A stretch of 64,000 bases of DNA from Octopus vulgaris (Eukaryota), in contig OX597814.1 in NCBI GenBank assembly GCA_951406725.2, positions 95,170,001 through 95,234,000 of the forward strand, read 5' to 3'. The number at the start of each line of letters is the position of its first letter. Position 1 is the first letter of the stretch. Below the pieces are notes generated by a model, which ran no database searches, was not told the origin of the DNA, and saw nothing but the letters and a program-made list of their open reading frames with translations. The translations under genes were made by a program, and so were the position numbers. Shown here piece by piece: positions 1-14,409 of this stretch.

Positions 1-2795
1 ATTATAAATGATCTAGACATTCTTTTTAGATTATATAAAAGATTCTTTACACTCTGCTGTTATTTCATTGCTACTGATTTATGAGTATCATAAATATTAT
101 AAGTGAAGTATTTTTCTGGGAACAAATTACAATTTATAGCATTGCTAGTATGGGAAATTATTGCTTTGCTTAACCAGTGATCTCTGCAAACAAATTAACT
201 TGTATATTGGGGCATTATAGTATTTCCTTTTCAAATCAACTCCAGAAGTTATTTTCCTTCTGCATCCTACAGAAACAGGTTTGGATATTTATGTATTCTT
301 TTAATTGTTTCAGTTATTGGACTGTGACCATGCTGGGGCATCATCTTGGCAAGTTTAAGTTGAACAAATCGATGTCAGTACTTATTTATTTCAGTCTGGT
401 ACCTATTCTATCAGTTTCCTTTACCAAACTATTAAGTTATAGCAATGTAAACAAAACCAAAACAGGTTGTCAAATGGTATGATAAGAAACATAATGACAG
501 GCACACTCACACACACACACACATGATACATATACATGTCATATATATATGTGTATATATGCACACACATACACACATAATAGACTTCCACAGTTTTCAT
601 CTAGAGGTGGATTTGGTAGGTGGAAACTAAAACAAACTCATCATATATATGTATGTATGTATATATTTATGTATGTGTATCGTTGTATTTGTGTTTTTCT
701 CCCACAACTGCTTGACAACCAGTGTTGGTTTGTTTATGTTCCAGTAGCTTAACAGTTCAGTTTTTAAAAAAAGCCAATAGCATAAGTGCCAGGTTTTAAA
801 AAATAAGTACTAGGGTTAATTTCTTTGACTGAATCCTTTGAAGTGGTGCCCCAGTATGGCCACAATCAAATGACTGAAACAAGTAAATGATAAAAGTTGC
901 TCTCTGAATTTATTTTAGAGAAAGACAAAATATATATTCTTTCTGTAAAAGATGATTTTGATGACCAACAAAAATAACTACTTTTAGATTATAAGGAAAC
1001 AAACATATTACTTGAGCAAATTTATCTGATTATATTTAACTAATCAGCTTAGCTAGTAGTGTGCAAATGAATTTAAAAAGCATGAAGGACACTGATCAGT
1101 TGGTATTTACAAGATATATTTGTACACAAATGTGGTGAAGAATTGATAATGTGTAACTGATAAAATTGTGTAGCAAGTTGGTATTAGTGTAATGTGACAA
1201 AATAAAAAAGAAGCAGCTGAATGATAAGATCTAAGAGCCATGACTGTTGCAGGCCCTGATGAGGGCAATGCATATGAATTTTAACATGGATTTTATCATC
1301 ATCATTTTAGCATCCACTTTTTCATGCTTGCAACAGTGGAACAGAGATCAATGAGGTAGATTTTCTACAGTTTAATGCTCTTCTTGTCACAAACCTCACC
1401 TGTATCCAAGCAAGGTAATACTGGTTTCAAATTTTGGCACAACGCCAGCAATTTCAATGTCAGTGCTCAACTGGTACTTATTTTATGGGCACCAAAAGAA
1501 TGGGAGGCAAAATCAACTTTGGTAGAATTTGAATTCAGAATGTATGCACAAACGAAATGCCACTAAGCATTTTGCCTGGTGTGCTAACAATTCTACCAGC
1601 TCGCTGCCTTAAAGGAAAGTAATATTGCAAGACATGCTTTTGCAGAATACTGAAAATGAATGACATTGCTTGTATGACTGTGACACTTGTTAGTAACGTC
1701 AAGGAGACACAAACATTCTATAAAGTAAAATGGTGAGCAAGTTGTGAGTTCTATGCTATTGTAATAATGAGTAGGAAGGATTCAGTATAATAGTGCCAGA
1801 TATGGAGAGTAAGACAAATCAGTCTGAGAAATGAAGGAGTGGAATAAACTTAGGTGGAGAGGGTATACAACTATTGGTTCAACAGTACAGAAGTCATTAT
1901 ACTAGCGACAGAAGAGACAGAGAGAAGAAACAGCGTATATGTGAGATAGTTGTTGGAGAAATAGATAATACCCAACACCAGGATAGGCCTTTTGCCTTGT
2001 GAGTTCAGAAGTTCCCTTTTGTTTGTTTCTTAGGTAGGTCCACCATCCATCACCAGCTTGCCAGGCTTGTCATGACATCACCATATTACTCATTTATGGT
2101 AGCTGAGTGGACTAGACCAACATGAAATGAAGTGTTTTTACTCAAGAACACAAAGCATTGCTCAATCCAGGAACTGAAACCACAATCTTACAATCATGAA
2201 TCCAACACCCTAACCACTAAGTCACACATGTCCACCAGTTGTTGAAGTACTGTGGCTTTTCTTGAGGACAGTCTTACAGGAATTCTCAATCATTTTTTAT
2301 CTTTAGACCCCTTTATTACTATTTTATTCTAGTGGACCCCCATAGCCATTCATTGTTTAAAAACTAGTTTTCTAAAAACTTCTTTCAAAATACCTATTTT
2401 GTTTTACATACATCAACTTGTGTAAGTTGAATTGAGTAAAATGTTAGAGAAAGAAACTTAGCTGTTTCTTGCAATACATCAAAAGCAAATTTTTTTCAGG
2501 GGCCCTTAAAATATTATTGTGGATCTTTAAATTTACTGTTTTGTTGTGTGGACCCCAAAAATCTTTTATGGACCCCAGTTGGGAACCACTGGTCTAGGGT
2601 ATTCACCTATGAAGAAATTATATTTACCCAGATAAATGAAGTTTGCGATATATGGAAATATGGTGCATTGCAGCCCCATCCAAGCAAACATTAGAACAGA
2701 AAATCAGATACTAAAACAATGAGGATAATGTTGACAACAATGATGATGATAATGATGGCTACCTTTAAAATTAAAGATGAAATTAGTATATTTAC

Positions 2796-2878
2796 CTGAC
2801 GTAACTGTTGCCTTAAATTTTCATTTTGCGTAATTATAGCTAACTGGCATTCAAGATCACGATAGACTGACCGATAAC
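2796..2878 (-). CDS. PGS1: PGS1 near-C-terminal coding exon (83 nt, phase 1 start, phase 0 end)
   Basis: (G)YRSVYRDLECQLAIITQNENLRQQLRQ matches PGS1 GYRSV.RDLE.Q.AI.T.N..L.QQL. Acceptor is a pyrimidine tract ending TTTCACAG, donor GTAAAT. It completes the Gly codon split with the 17852 exon. Confidence 0.94.
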
Positions 2879-5228
2879 CTGTGAAAGAAAAAGAAATAAG
2901 ATTTTGTTGAAAAAGTGGCTGTTTTACATGTATGGAAAAATAATGGATGTAAAGCAACTGAAGCAACTTCACACATGTATTCATGCATGCGGGTGTGTAT
3001 ATGTATGCTCACATGAATGTATGTTAAACTATACATACAACATACGTATACATATATACATATGCAAAAAAGTATGTACACACACACATACACACACACA
3101 CACAAACACACACAAACACATTATCATCACGATTTTAACATCAACTTTCCTGTGATCAACCAGCCTTCACTTGTTTCCAAGTAATGTAATAATTATAATT
3201 ACACACACACACACACACACATTGTTTTACAGCTATTTCCATGTTTCCATGTGTATAATTGGTCAGTTGGTTGACCAGTGAGGAAAAAGAAAAACAAATA
3301 GTTGTTTTGTTTTTCTTATTCCTCACATTTGTCTTTATAGATAATGCCATCCCTACCTGCCCTCATTACTGAACTATGAAAGAAGAGGGAAATCTGCTTT
3401 TGAAAACCAAACTGGGGAAGGCAGAGTTATCTAACTTGCTCAGGGGTGACTACAACACAGAATAAGATTTGAACTTATGACTATATGGTTAGAGGTGAAG
3501 CACTTTTAACTTTCTGAAAGGCAATGAATATACACAGATTGAATATGGTCTGAACACACACTCTCTCTCTCCCCTCCTTACTTTGCATCTAAGCAGACAA
3601 TGTAGAACATGCATAGTTAAGAATGTAATTCACTTAACAACAAATGGAAGTAAGCCAACCGAAATGTAGAATGATGGAATCAATAAATTTTATTATGCAT
3701 GGTTAAACAGGAAGTGATAGTCCTTTGAGAAATCATTCTAATAGGCAGAACCTAATAATTTATACTTTGACAAGTTTGAAACAAAGTGCCAGATTATCCT
3801 CAAATAAGAATGCAAAATTCTTCAGGATTTCAGCAGTTCATTGAATTGAAACATTTTCCATCAGTTTCAGCATTCAGTTGTTTGGTTTATCAAACTAACA
3901 CTTTTGGTACAAACCCATTTGAGGTCAATTCTAGCCCTTTAGTGCAAATTTCCTGCTATAAGGTGATCTAAGTTAAAATCATCCCTCAAAATTTCCTGTT
4001 AAATTATGTTCCAAACACCTGTTTAATAATGTCTAGATTGGGCTAGATGGATCTCAACTAATTGGTATGATGTTTAGACTATGTGCCGCCCCATATTAAA
4101 ACCAACTTCAAACTGTGTTTGATAAATATTTATTTATACATGTGCATATCACAATATTTTCATAACTATACAGCTAATTGCCAGGGTTGTATTGCAATCT
4201 GCCAGTAGTAAATATGCGGTTCATAGTTGAATTAATAATGGATAAGAATGGCTTCAAGAGGTGACAAAATGCTCTGCTCTTCATAGCTGATTCCTTTAAC
4301 CTCAAGTTGAGCAGCAAGCAAGGAAACAGTCTTCTCAAGGATTAGTTATCTTTGTTGTGCATCTATCTCTGGTGTATTTGCCTGCACTTCTACTTTTATA
4401 ACACCCATTTGTGCAGGAGCATCTGGAACTTTCAATAATATGGAATGATATTGCCACAAGATGACTGGTTAGAATTCAGGGCAAGTAGCCTCATCTGACA
4501 TGGTTTGATCTTAGTTTACCAAACCTACATAGTTTCAAATTTAGACCTTGCTACAATAATGACAAATGCATTTTCCCTAACTTCTTCATCACTTTCAAAA
4601 TTAATTGAAATGAAGGAATTTCAATAAAGATATGGTAACAAAAGTGTTAAATTAAGTGTAAATAGTCATGTATTCCACAGGTGTATGTACCTTTAACATA
4701 TTTCTGAGGTTAAATTAACACAATACTACATTAACCAAAATTAAAACAGTACAAACCATTAAATAAGGTTTTGTACAAATTTCTGTTGATTCAGTTTAAC
4801 ACACTCACACACATCAGGTATGTCTGAGCCTATGGTAATAGAAACATATAAAAGGGTAAAGAACCCCTTCGATCATGAATGAGCATGGGATTGCACCTAG
4901 AAAGTTCCCCTCCAAGGCACAAGTCCGGGTAAGGTTGTTTATGGAAGATCAGCAGTTGCCCATGTATACCAGCCTCTCCACACTCCAATGTTATCTAAAG
5001 GAAAGGCAAAGGCCGATACAGCTTGGCACTAGTGACATTGCAACTCATTTCTACAGCTGCGTGAACTGGAGCAATATGAAATAAAGTGTCTTGCTCAAGA
5101 ACACAACACACAGCCCAGTCCAGAAATCAAACTCACTACTTCATGATTGTGAGCTCAATGCTTTAACCACTGAGCGAAGAAAGAAAGAAACAAACAAACA
5201 AACAAACATACACACACACACACACATA

Positions 5229-5573
5229 CAGGGTGACTCAAAAATTGCCATACATAGGAACAATTTATCTTTTTATAAGAAACAGTTTATAAGAAGTTTT
5301 TTTTTTAATTATTTAACAGGCTCTATATGGTTACCGTTGTTTTGAATACACATTGCAATACATTTACCCCAACTCATTGGGAACTCATAATAGCACATCT
5401 GGTGATACTTGTGCAAATGAGTTAGGTCTTTTATCTTTCCCCAATACACCATGCCTTTCAAATGCCCCCAAAGATAGAAATCAAGAGGGATCAGATCAGG
5501 GGATCTAGGGGATCTTATAAACTGTGTCTTATAAAAAAATAAATTTTTCTTATGAATGGAGACTTTTGAATCA

Positions 5574-5578
<5 letters not shown>
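5229..5578 (-). mobile_element. Tc1/mariner-type deletion derivative
   Basis: TA|CAGGGTGACTCAAAA ... TTTTGAATCACACTA|TA termini. Internal minus-strand PRSPDLIPLDFYLWGHLKGMVY motif. Confidence 0.82.
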
Positions 5579-5641
<63 letters not shown>

Positions 5642-5643
<2 letters not shown>

Positions 5644-5942
5644 CATCATCATTTAGCGTCCGTTTTCCATGCTAGCATGGGTTGGACGGTTTAACTGGGG
5701 TCTGTGAAGCCGGAAGGCTTCATCAGGCCCAGTCAGATTTGGCAGTGTTTCTACAGCTGGATGCCCTTCCTAACGCCAACCACTCCGTGAGTGTAGCGGG
5801 TGCTTTTTACGTGCCAGACAGAGCTGGCAAACGGCCACGAACGGATGGTGTTTTTTTGTGCCACCGGCATGGGGGCCAGGCGAGGCTGGCAACGGACACA
5901 AACGGATGGTGCTTTTACGTGCTACCGGCATGGGGGCCAGGC
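5642..5942 (-). mobile_element. RTE LINE 3' end (tail plus about 3 array units), inverted relative to 23884-25207
   Basis: Reverse complement of the tail and GGTGCTTTTACGTG array units at 24284-25207. Starts at (CAT)n. Confidence 0.88.
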
Positions 5943-5943
5943 G

Positions 5944-6432
<489 letters not shown>

Positions 6433-6602
6433 ATTTTTAAAAATTGGATAGAAATGGCTTTTCTGATAATTTTTCCACTTTAATAATTTATAAACATCAT
6501 CTAATTAATGAAGTGGAAAAATTAGAAAAGTCATTTCTATTCATTTTTCCAAAAATATAGTACTGTACCAAGGACTTTCTATTTCTTAATCTATTATATT
6601 AC

Positions 6603-6638
<36 letters not shown>

Positions 6639-6686
6639 GCACACACACACACGCATGCATGCACAAACACACACACACAAACACAA

Positions 6687-6721
<35 letters not shown>

Positions 6722-7540
6722 GTAAAGAACACTGAATAAAAGTGATTGGATGCTGAATACCACATGCAATGCTAGAAGATTAAACTTTGGAGAATAGCCA
6801 ACAAAAGCAGATGTGTGTTATTGATTATAACCTGTTAAAGGGAATAAAACACATCTCAAAAGGAAGACAATTCAAAAGGAACGAACGCACTATGAAGATT
6901 ATAATTGCTGTTATTGTTGCTGTTGTTACTGTTTAGCTCCAAGTCCAGCTTCTTTCAAGCAAACATGTGATCAAAGGTAACTCACCATTGTATAGGTCGT
7001 CTACCTTTTTTTTTTCTCAACTACATTATTTACTGTGCCTTTCTTTAAGAAGAAAGACCCAATGGATTTGAGAGAGATTTGACTACTATCCTTAGCAGGT
7101 TAGATGACCACACAGAGGCACTCTTGTTGTCTCTGGTTGATTAGGCAAAGAAATGACACATATGGTGTTGGGTTCAACTCCACTGAGTGGCATCTTGAGG
7201 AAATGTTTTTTATTATAGCTTCAAATGGACCAGTGCCTTGTCAATGAAATTTGGTAAATAGAAACTGTATGGAAACCAGCTGTGTGTGGGGGGAGTGTGT
7301 GTGTGGGGGAGTGTATGTATGTGTGTGTGGTGGGGGCATGTGTGGTGTGTGCGTGTGTGTACATACATGCATATATGTATGTATGCATATGTGTCTATAT
7401 CATCATAATCCTTATTCAAAATTTGTTTGACCCATGCTAGCATGAGTCAGACAGTTTGACAAGATCCACTGAGCCAGATGACTGCCTTGAGCTCCTGTAT
7501 CTCTTTTGGCATGTTTCTGTAGCTAGATGCCTTTCCTAAC

Positions 7541-7599
<59 letters not shown>

Positions 7600-9154
7600 T
7601 ACACGCACACACACACATACATACACACTGAGCCTACAACAAACACATTGCTCACACACTTTTGCAGCATTTATCTCAAACCTACATATAGCAGGCCTTT
7701 GTCGATATATTTTGATAAAATATTTACTCAGCATAACATATTGAATACTCTCTACTTAGTTCATGAAACCACTTGGAATTCCTCATATTATTTAAATATT
7801 TACACACAAGGGATAAACCTGTGAGATTAATACACTGGACTTCTAGACTGCTAGATATGAATCACGACTTCACACTTTACTAGTTTTAGTTTTATGATGT
7901 CGGCCTGTTCAATTAATATAGCTCTTCACCATCTGTCTGATTGCTAAAAGTGATCCTCTCCAATTTCATAATTAAATTCAATGGTAAGATTTAGAAAAAA
8001 AGCTACAGAGTTTTTAGCAATGGTAAAAACGAAAAAGAAAAAGAAAAAAGGGGAAAGAGAAAGAAAATGAAGTGAGAGAAAAAAACTATTCCAACAAAAA
8101 TCTCATCCATGTTAACATTGACGTATATATGTAAAAAAAAGGAAACCATGAAAAAAAAAGGGTTATAAAAATAATTTGACAAAATGTAGAAGATGGGAAT
8201 TTAATTAGTATTAGGTATTCGTTCAGCACCTTGAAATAATTAAATAATATCCAGTAGTGTGTCTCTATCAAATCAACAACAGCTATTTACTGATGGCATT
8301 TTGCCCAATTAAAGCTGGATTAGTTAATCTAACCTAATGTTTCTCGATCTTTTTTATGGGTTCCCCTTCTTCATTCATTCTACATTCCTCCTTCATATTC
8401 ATACTCATGTGGATTTTCAAAGAAATTAATAATAAACTCGGTGCCTCCTTAGAAATGTTTTCAATCAATACCCACTTGAATAATACCAATGCCCCCTAAG
8501 GGCCAGAACACTCACTTTGAAAATACTGGTCTATTTTTATCTAGCAGTGTTGCCCTTGACTATCTCTCAAATTTGGTTTACCTGTTCAGTGAGAAAACAC
8601 AGAGGAGGAGGAGGAGGAGGTTCAAGGCTATAGTAAAATTGCAACACAGCTATTCTATCAAACCTTGAAAGGACTTGAAACTGGTCCAACAACTTCTACC
8701 TCATCTCACTCACCACCCTTTATTCAACATCATTTGGAGACTGTTTGTAAATAATTTCATAGTCTTTAACACATCCAATATTCATCTCGGTACTTTTCCC
8801 CACATGTTTCCAAACAAACCAAATAATGATTTCTCCCACTGGCACAAAGAAGATTTTCAGAGGAGCGTATGAGGGAGGGGGTACATAGTTGATTGAATCA
8901 ACTTTCGGTACAAGCCAGGCACTATTTTATTGACCCTGGGAGGGATGAAAGATAAAGTCAATTCTATCAGTGAAATCTCTTAATAATAATTAATTCCTCT
9001 CTTGAATTGGCAAAAGTTCTCCCCTTAAAATATACTCACAGCCACCTGGGGCCAAGCCTATTTGGGGTTATCTATGATATTCCTTAAAAGGAGGAGTCAG
9101 CAACATTGAACAAAACACTGTAGATTTATTTTTTCAAGTACAGTATATTGACAA

Positions 9155-11826
9155 CACTAGGCAACCAAATTTTTGCTACTATTAGATGAAATGGTGCTAA
9201 TAGGTAATTTGGGAGTGTTGATTCCGAATCTGCAATCATGTTTTTGCACTATCATTATTATACTGCTTTCAAAATTACAATAATGTGAAAATTCATGACA
9301 AATAAAATGAATGTTATGTTAAGTGTAAATTACCATTATTTGGTATAAGAACAATAGAAACTAGGTGGGCAAGTAACTCTGAAACCAATAAAACACAAAA
9401 CAAAAGTGTAAAGTGAATATTATTAATTTTACGTTTTTCAAAAATAGCTTTGGCATCTTCTTTCATGCTTATGTTGCATGTCTGTTTCTCGTTTTAAAAA
9501 CCAGCAGTAGTCTGTCAGCATGTTTGGCATAAGTGGCTTTCTAGCTCTTTGATTTCTTGATGAAATCATTTACCAAGCTCATCACTTACATCACCCATAT
9601 TGGGTGGGAAAAAAATCAAGATGAGAATGGAGAAATTGAATTTTTAGAGACATTCTTACCCCAAGTTGCTTATAAGCTTTCAAAAAAATCATTCACAATT
9701 ACAACGTAGTTAGATGATTTTTCATTTCCCCCAAAAATTTTTACAAGAGAAACAAACTTTTCCCAAGCAGTTTTCTCTACTTGGCTTAATTTTTCTAGAA
9801 AAAGATCATCACGAATTAGTGTGTGAATTTCTGGTCCATTAAAAACACCAGCTTTGATCTTAGCTTCACTCTTGCTAGAAACAAATTTTTCATTGAGATA
9901 ATAATAATATATAATAATAATAATGAAATTATTGTATACGGTGCTCAATTTGAATCCTTCACCGTCTTCATTCATGGCCTTAACAAAATTCTTAAACAAA
10001 CCAAGTTTAATGTGTAAGGGAAGAAGGTAAATTTTCTAAGGGTCAACTAAAAGGATATATTTAATGTTGCATTTCTCTGGAGTGAAATCACTTCTCTTTA
10101 GCCACTCTTTCTCGTCACAGTGATGCTTGTCATCTCTGCTGCTCCAAAGGCACAAAAAGCACTGATGCTTTGTATACCCCATTTGCAACCCAAGAAGCAA
10201 ACTTTCAAGTCCCTGCATATATTCCACTTGTGTTCAGAATATTTAATCAAGTGCAAAATTTAATCCATTGATTCATAAGTTTCCTTTAATCCTACAGCAT
10301 GTGCTAGTGGTGTTGAAGGTTTTTGCCATTATGCAGCAAAACAGCTTTTAGACTTGCTTTGCTGGAATTTAGAAAGAGTCTACATTCTTCAGGATTATGA
10401 CCATACCCCATCTCATGTAGGAGTCTTTCAACATCACAGCAAAAACAAATACCGTCCTTCTCCATAAAAAATTCATACAATTCTGTATGCTGTTTTCAAA
10501 AATAGGAGCATTTTACACCATCATGATACCATTGTTTGAACCTGGAGCCCAGTAGTTCTGACTTTTCTTTCTTTAAACCCATGTCTTTAAATAATTTAAC
10601 TCAAGTTCACTTAATAAATGAGGAACTTTTTTTGAAGATCCTGGTTCATCACAATGATCTGCTGTACCACTTGGTATGCCTTCAATTGGAGTAGATGCAG
10701 TGCTTTCTTCACTTAAACTTTGTCAAAAGATGAAGGAGGTTCTGGAATTGGAATATTTTCAGCAGCATAAACAACTGCTTTTAAAACTGAAGGGCAATCT
10801 GGATAATCAATCTTGTATTTGTTCTTCTTAGAATAACCAGTGATGTTGGTTAAGCAGAAATAACAACCGGTATACTGGTTTGTTGGTTCACGCCATATCA
10901 TTGGTACTGCAAATGGCATACTTTTCCGTTTACCATTCAGTCATTGGGTTAGTGCTATGTAGCAGTTTTTGCAACAAATATAAGGTGCCCATAGTCTATC
11001 TTGGTCCCCAATTTTGCACCTAAAGTAAAACTTGTAAGCATTTCAAAATTTCTTTGTATGCTTATTTCTCTGATTTTTTTAATGTAAATTTTCCACACAA
11101 GTAACAAAAGCTGTCTGGGTGATTAACACAAACTTTTCTGCTCATCATAAATACATACAGTAATAACCTAAATCAACACTAAAGGAAGCCTATCAGCAAA
11201 CTAAAATATAAAATTTATCAACAATAAATGTTACTATAAAACATCAAAATATATTTCTCAACAAAAAAATCATTGAAATTATCATAGAATGCACTGAGGC
11301 TATGGTTATCATGAAACAATTTTTTCCATCTCAAAATTTCAAACATTGATCACTTTAATAAATAATTAAACTTACTACTAAACTACTTTTCATATAACCT
11401 GGCTCTCTTATTTAATGTACTTTGTTTTAACAGCACTAGCAGTTATCAAGAAAAGGGAGTCTGGGTGGCTTACTATAACCTAATATCAATAGTCTAATGT
11501 GAGGAGAACTTTACTATAATTACAGCGATAATAAAGTAAAATAAATTCTCATCTTGTGAGGCAATTTAACAGGTAGCCTACATTTCCCTCTATCAGCACT
11601 TATTTTTGTTTCGGTGATGAGTATATGAATGAAAATCGAAAGCAAATAGCCGACTACTTTGTCACTATTATCAATTGGTTGGAAAATCTGATGCTGTGAA
11701 TAACTAAAAAATTACACATGCTGTCTGAAAACTGATGTCATATTCGAATTCAGCACCCTAAAATTACCCTAAATCATCTGAAAAAGTTTATATAGCATGA
11801 CAAAAATATTTTTTTGTTGCCCAGTG
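9155..11826 (-). mobile_element. Full-length decayed DNA transposon, Chapaev3-type (CMC group)
   Basis: TIRs CACTAGGCAAC(9155) / GTTGCCCAGTG(11826). Subterminal inverted match TAGGTAATTTGGGAGTGTTGATTCCGAATC vs TATTCGAATTCAGCACCCTAAAATTACCCTA. CAC...GTG ends, flanks CAA / TAA (degenerate 3-bp TWA TSD). Family assignment is from recalled motifs and end structure. Confidence 0.8.
9437..11148 (-). pseudogene. Disrupted transposase of the Chapaev3-type element
   Basis: Fragments across frameshifts and stops: MMSRKVCVNHPDSFCYLCG, GDQDRLWAPYICCKNC, MPFAVPMIWREP..CYFC, LLGLQMGYTKHQCFLCLWSSR, LPLHIKLGLFKNFVKAM, SEAKIKAGVFNGPEI, GDVSDELG.FHQEI, MLTDYCWFLKRE. Confidence 0.88.
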
Positions 11827-12302
11827 TAATGTATATGCTTAAATCTTTCTGTCTGAGATGTGGTCACTTCTGATTCATTTCTTCAACTAATTACAAGTCT
11901 TCTATTAAAATAATGATTTCTTAATTGAAATAAGGATGTAAATTCATAAAGGAGGAATGTCATTATTTGAATTTATTTTAGTATTTTTCATCTTTTACAT
12001 GTTTCAGTCATTGGGCTGTGGCCATGCTGGGGCGTTCCCTTGAAGGGTCTATTAAACAAATGGAGCCCAGTATTTATTTTTAAGTCTGATGCTTATTCTA
12101 TTGGTTTCTTTTGCCAAACCACTAAGTAATGAGGATGTGAACAAACCAACACCAGTTGTCAAAAGGTGGACAAACACAAACGCACACACATAATTGTTGT
12201 TTGAGCAGCACAAGCCTTAGTAATTATTACCAAAGAGTAAAAAAATCATACAATAATACAAATCTTTTCCATGAAAACGTTAAATCATTTGTTGATAAAT
12301 CT

Positions 12303-12439
12303 AGGCTTGCTTCCCAACCACATGGTGCCAGGATCAGTCCTACTGCGTGGCATCTTGGGCGAGTGTCTTCTACTATCGCCCCAAGCTGACCAAAGCCTTG
12401 TGAATGGATTTGGTATACAGAAACTGAAAGAAGCTTGTC

Positions 12440-12496
<57 letters not shown>

Positions 12497-12830
12497 GCAT
12501 TAGGAAGGGCATCCAGCTGTAGAAACACTGCCAGATCAGACTGGACCTGGTGCAGCCTCCTGGCTTCCCAGACCCCAGTCAAACCATCCAACCCATGCTA
12601 GCATGGAAAACGGACGTTAAATGATGATGATGATATATATATATATATACACACACACATGTAGATGTGTACATATCTACATGTGTATGCCTTGTGTCTG
12701 TGTTTGTGCCCCACCACCACCTGACAACTGATGTTGGTGTGTTTACATACCTGTAACTTAGCAGTTCGGCAAAAAGATCAATAAAATAAGTACTAGGCTT
12801 TAAAAAATGACTGAAACATGTAAAAGGTAA
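12303..12830 (+). mobile_element. tRNA-SINE family A (hosts a nested RTE tail)
   Basis: GCTTGCTTCCCAACCACATGG...GTGGCATCTTGGGCGAGTG...GACTGAAACATGTAAAAG. Confidence 0.8.
12493..12635 (+). mobile_element. RTE 3' tail nested in the microsatellite of a tRNA-SINE
   Basis: TTGGCATTAGGAAGGGCATCCAGCTGTAGAAAC...CCCATGCTAGCATGGAAAACGGACGTTAAATGATGATG, inside the (TA)n of SINE 12303-12830. Confidence 0.85.
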
Positions 12831-12971
12831 AGGTAAGTATTTGGGAATTTTCTATTATTCCTTTTTACCAAACAGTAATAGCTTTTGTTGGTGGCTTATG
12901 TGTTTGTTTGTTTTGAGGTTTTTTTAATCATTTTTCAAAGCCATTTATGCTAATGTTGCCACTGTTTAGAT

Positions 12972-13246
12972 TAGTGGTTCTGAACCAGGCTCCACATGGC
13001 CCTTCAGGGTCCACATGACCCTTTGGGGTCCAAATAAGATTTTGTTGTTAAAAATTTATGTTCAGTAGATAGCTTATACTTTGACAATACACAAAATATT
13101 TTAATATTTTTTTAATGCAATTCTTAATATTTAATAACAAAAATACAGTGATATTTCTTTTATATACAGCGAATGGTTACATAGGTCCAGTAGAGCAAAA
13201 TAGGAATCAAAGGGGTCCATAGGAAAAAAATGGTCAAGAACCACCA
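12972..13246. mobile_element. hAT (Charlie-like) MITE
   Basis: TIR TAGTGGTTCTGAACC / GGTCAAGAACCACCA. 8-bp flanks GTTTAGAT / GTATAGAC resemble the NTCTAGAN target. Confidence 0.7.
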
Positions 13247-13624
13247 GTATAGACTCAGATCAGACCTGTGACCAATGGCGTTCCAATTATGACCACCCAG
13301 TCACTGTATTTATCAAGGACTATACATTGAAGGCAGAGTATAAACTGAGGGATAGTTGTCAGCTATTTCTTGTAGTTGGAGTAATAGCATAGAGGCTTCT
13401 TAAATTATCGGCTAGTTTTTTATTAGGATTAATTTCTTCATTAAAATCACACAATAAGTTTAGATCGTCATTTTAATTACTACAAAACTCCTAGGGGAGT
13501 GTCTTGAATTTTATGAACAGAGACATTGGTATGAAGATATCAATAACCAAATGCTTAAGCAGTAATTTATCTATCCTGACAATCTATCAATCCATCCATC
13601 TGTTCATAACTACTTTTGAGGGAT

Positions 13625-13664
<40 letters not shown>

Positions 13665-14355
13665 ACACAAACATAATGCCAGCTAAAGCAAGAAGCATAG
13701 AAAATAAAATCTATTTGTAAAGCTAAATATAAAATGAATACAACATAAATAAATAAAGGTAAGGAAGTGTGAAAGGAACAACTTTTTTGTATGTTTAATT
13801 TTTGCTCTTTCTTGTGAATCTTTCCCTGTTCCCTGTCAGTTGTTGCTGACAGATGAGTGTTGACAGCATAACAAACCTCAACTATGATAAGACTGAACAC
13901 ATGTTGACAACAGGGACCACAGCAAGGGTGGAGTTGAGAGAAAAGGAAAATTTTTTTAAAAATTAAAATAAAAAAAAAGAATTGTGAGAAGAGGGGAAAA
14001 AAATTATAGAAAATATAAAACTGTCTCTTAGGAAAAATAAATAAATAAAATAGTAAATTGAGTGAGAAAAAGAGGACATTGTGTTTGAAGTTAATTTATA
14101 TCCTAAAGACTTAACTATGTGCACTAGAGAAATTCCAGTCCTCTTGGAAAAATAAAATAAAACTTGGAAAGAGGAAAGCATTTGGAGGTATTGAAAGATA
14201 ACATAGCAGAAGGCTGGGGACGTGAAGAGGATTAAGGTAGAATATTCCTCAGAATAAACACTGAGCCTAACAATTTTATAAACAAAGAAATTGTAAACAG
14301 CATTAAGGTGGGAGAACATTGGTAGCAAAATTAACTTAATGGATATCATCCTTAC

Positions 14356-14409
<54 letters not shown>

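Noticed and set aside
1-2795. Terminal PGS1 exon
   Set aside because: Candidate acceptors checked near 270 and 945 run into stops without PGS1 C-terminal similarity. The exon probably lies left of the window, but it was not exhaustively excluded.
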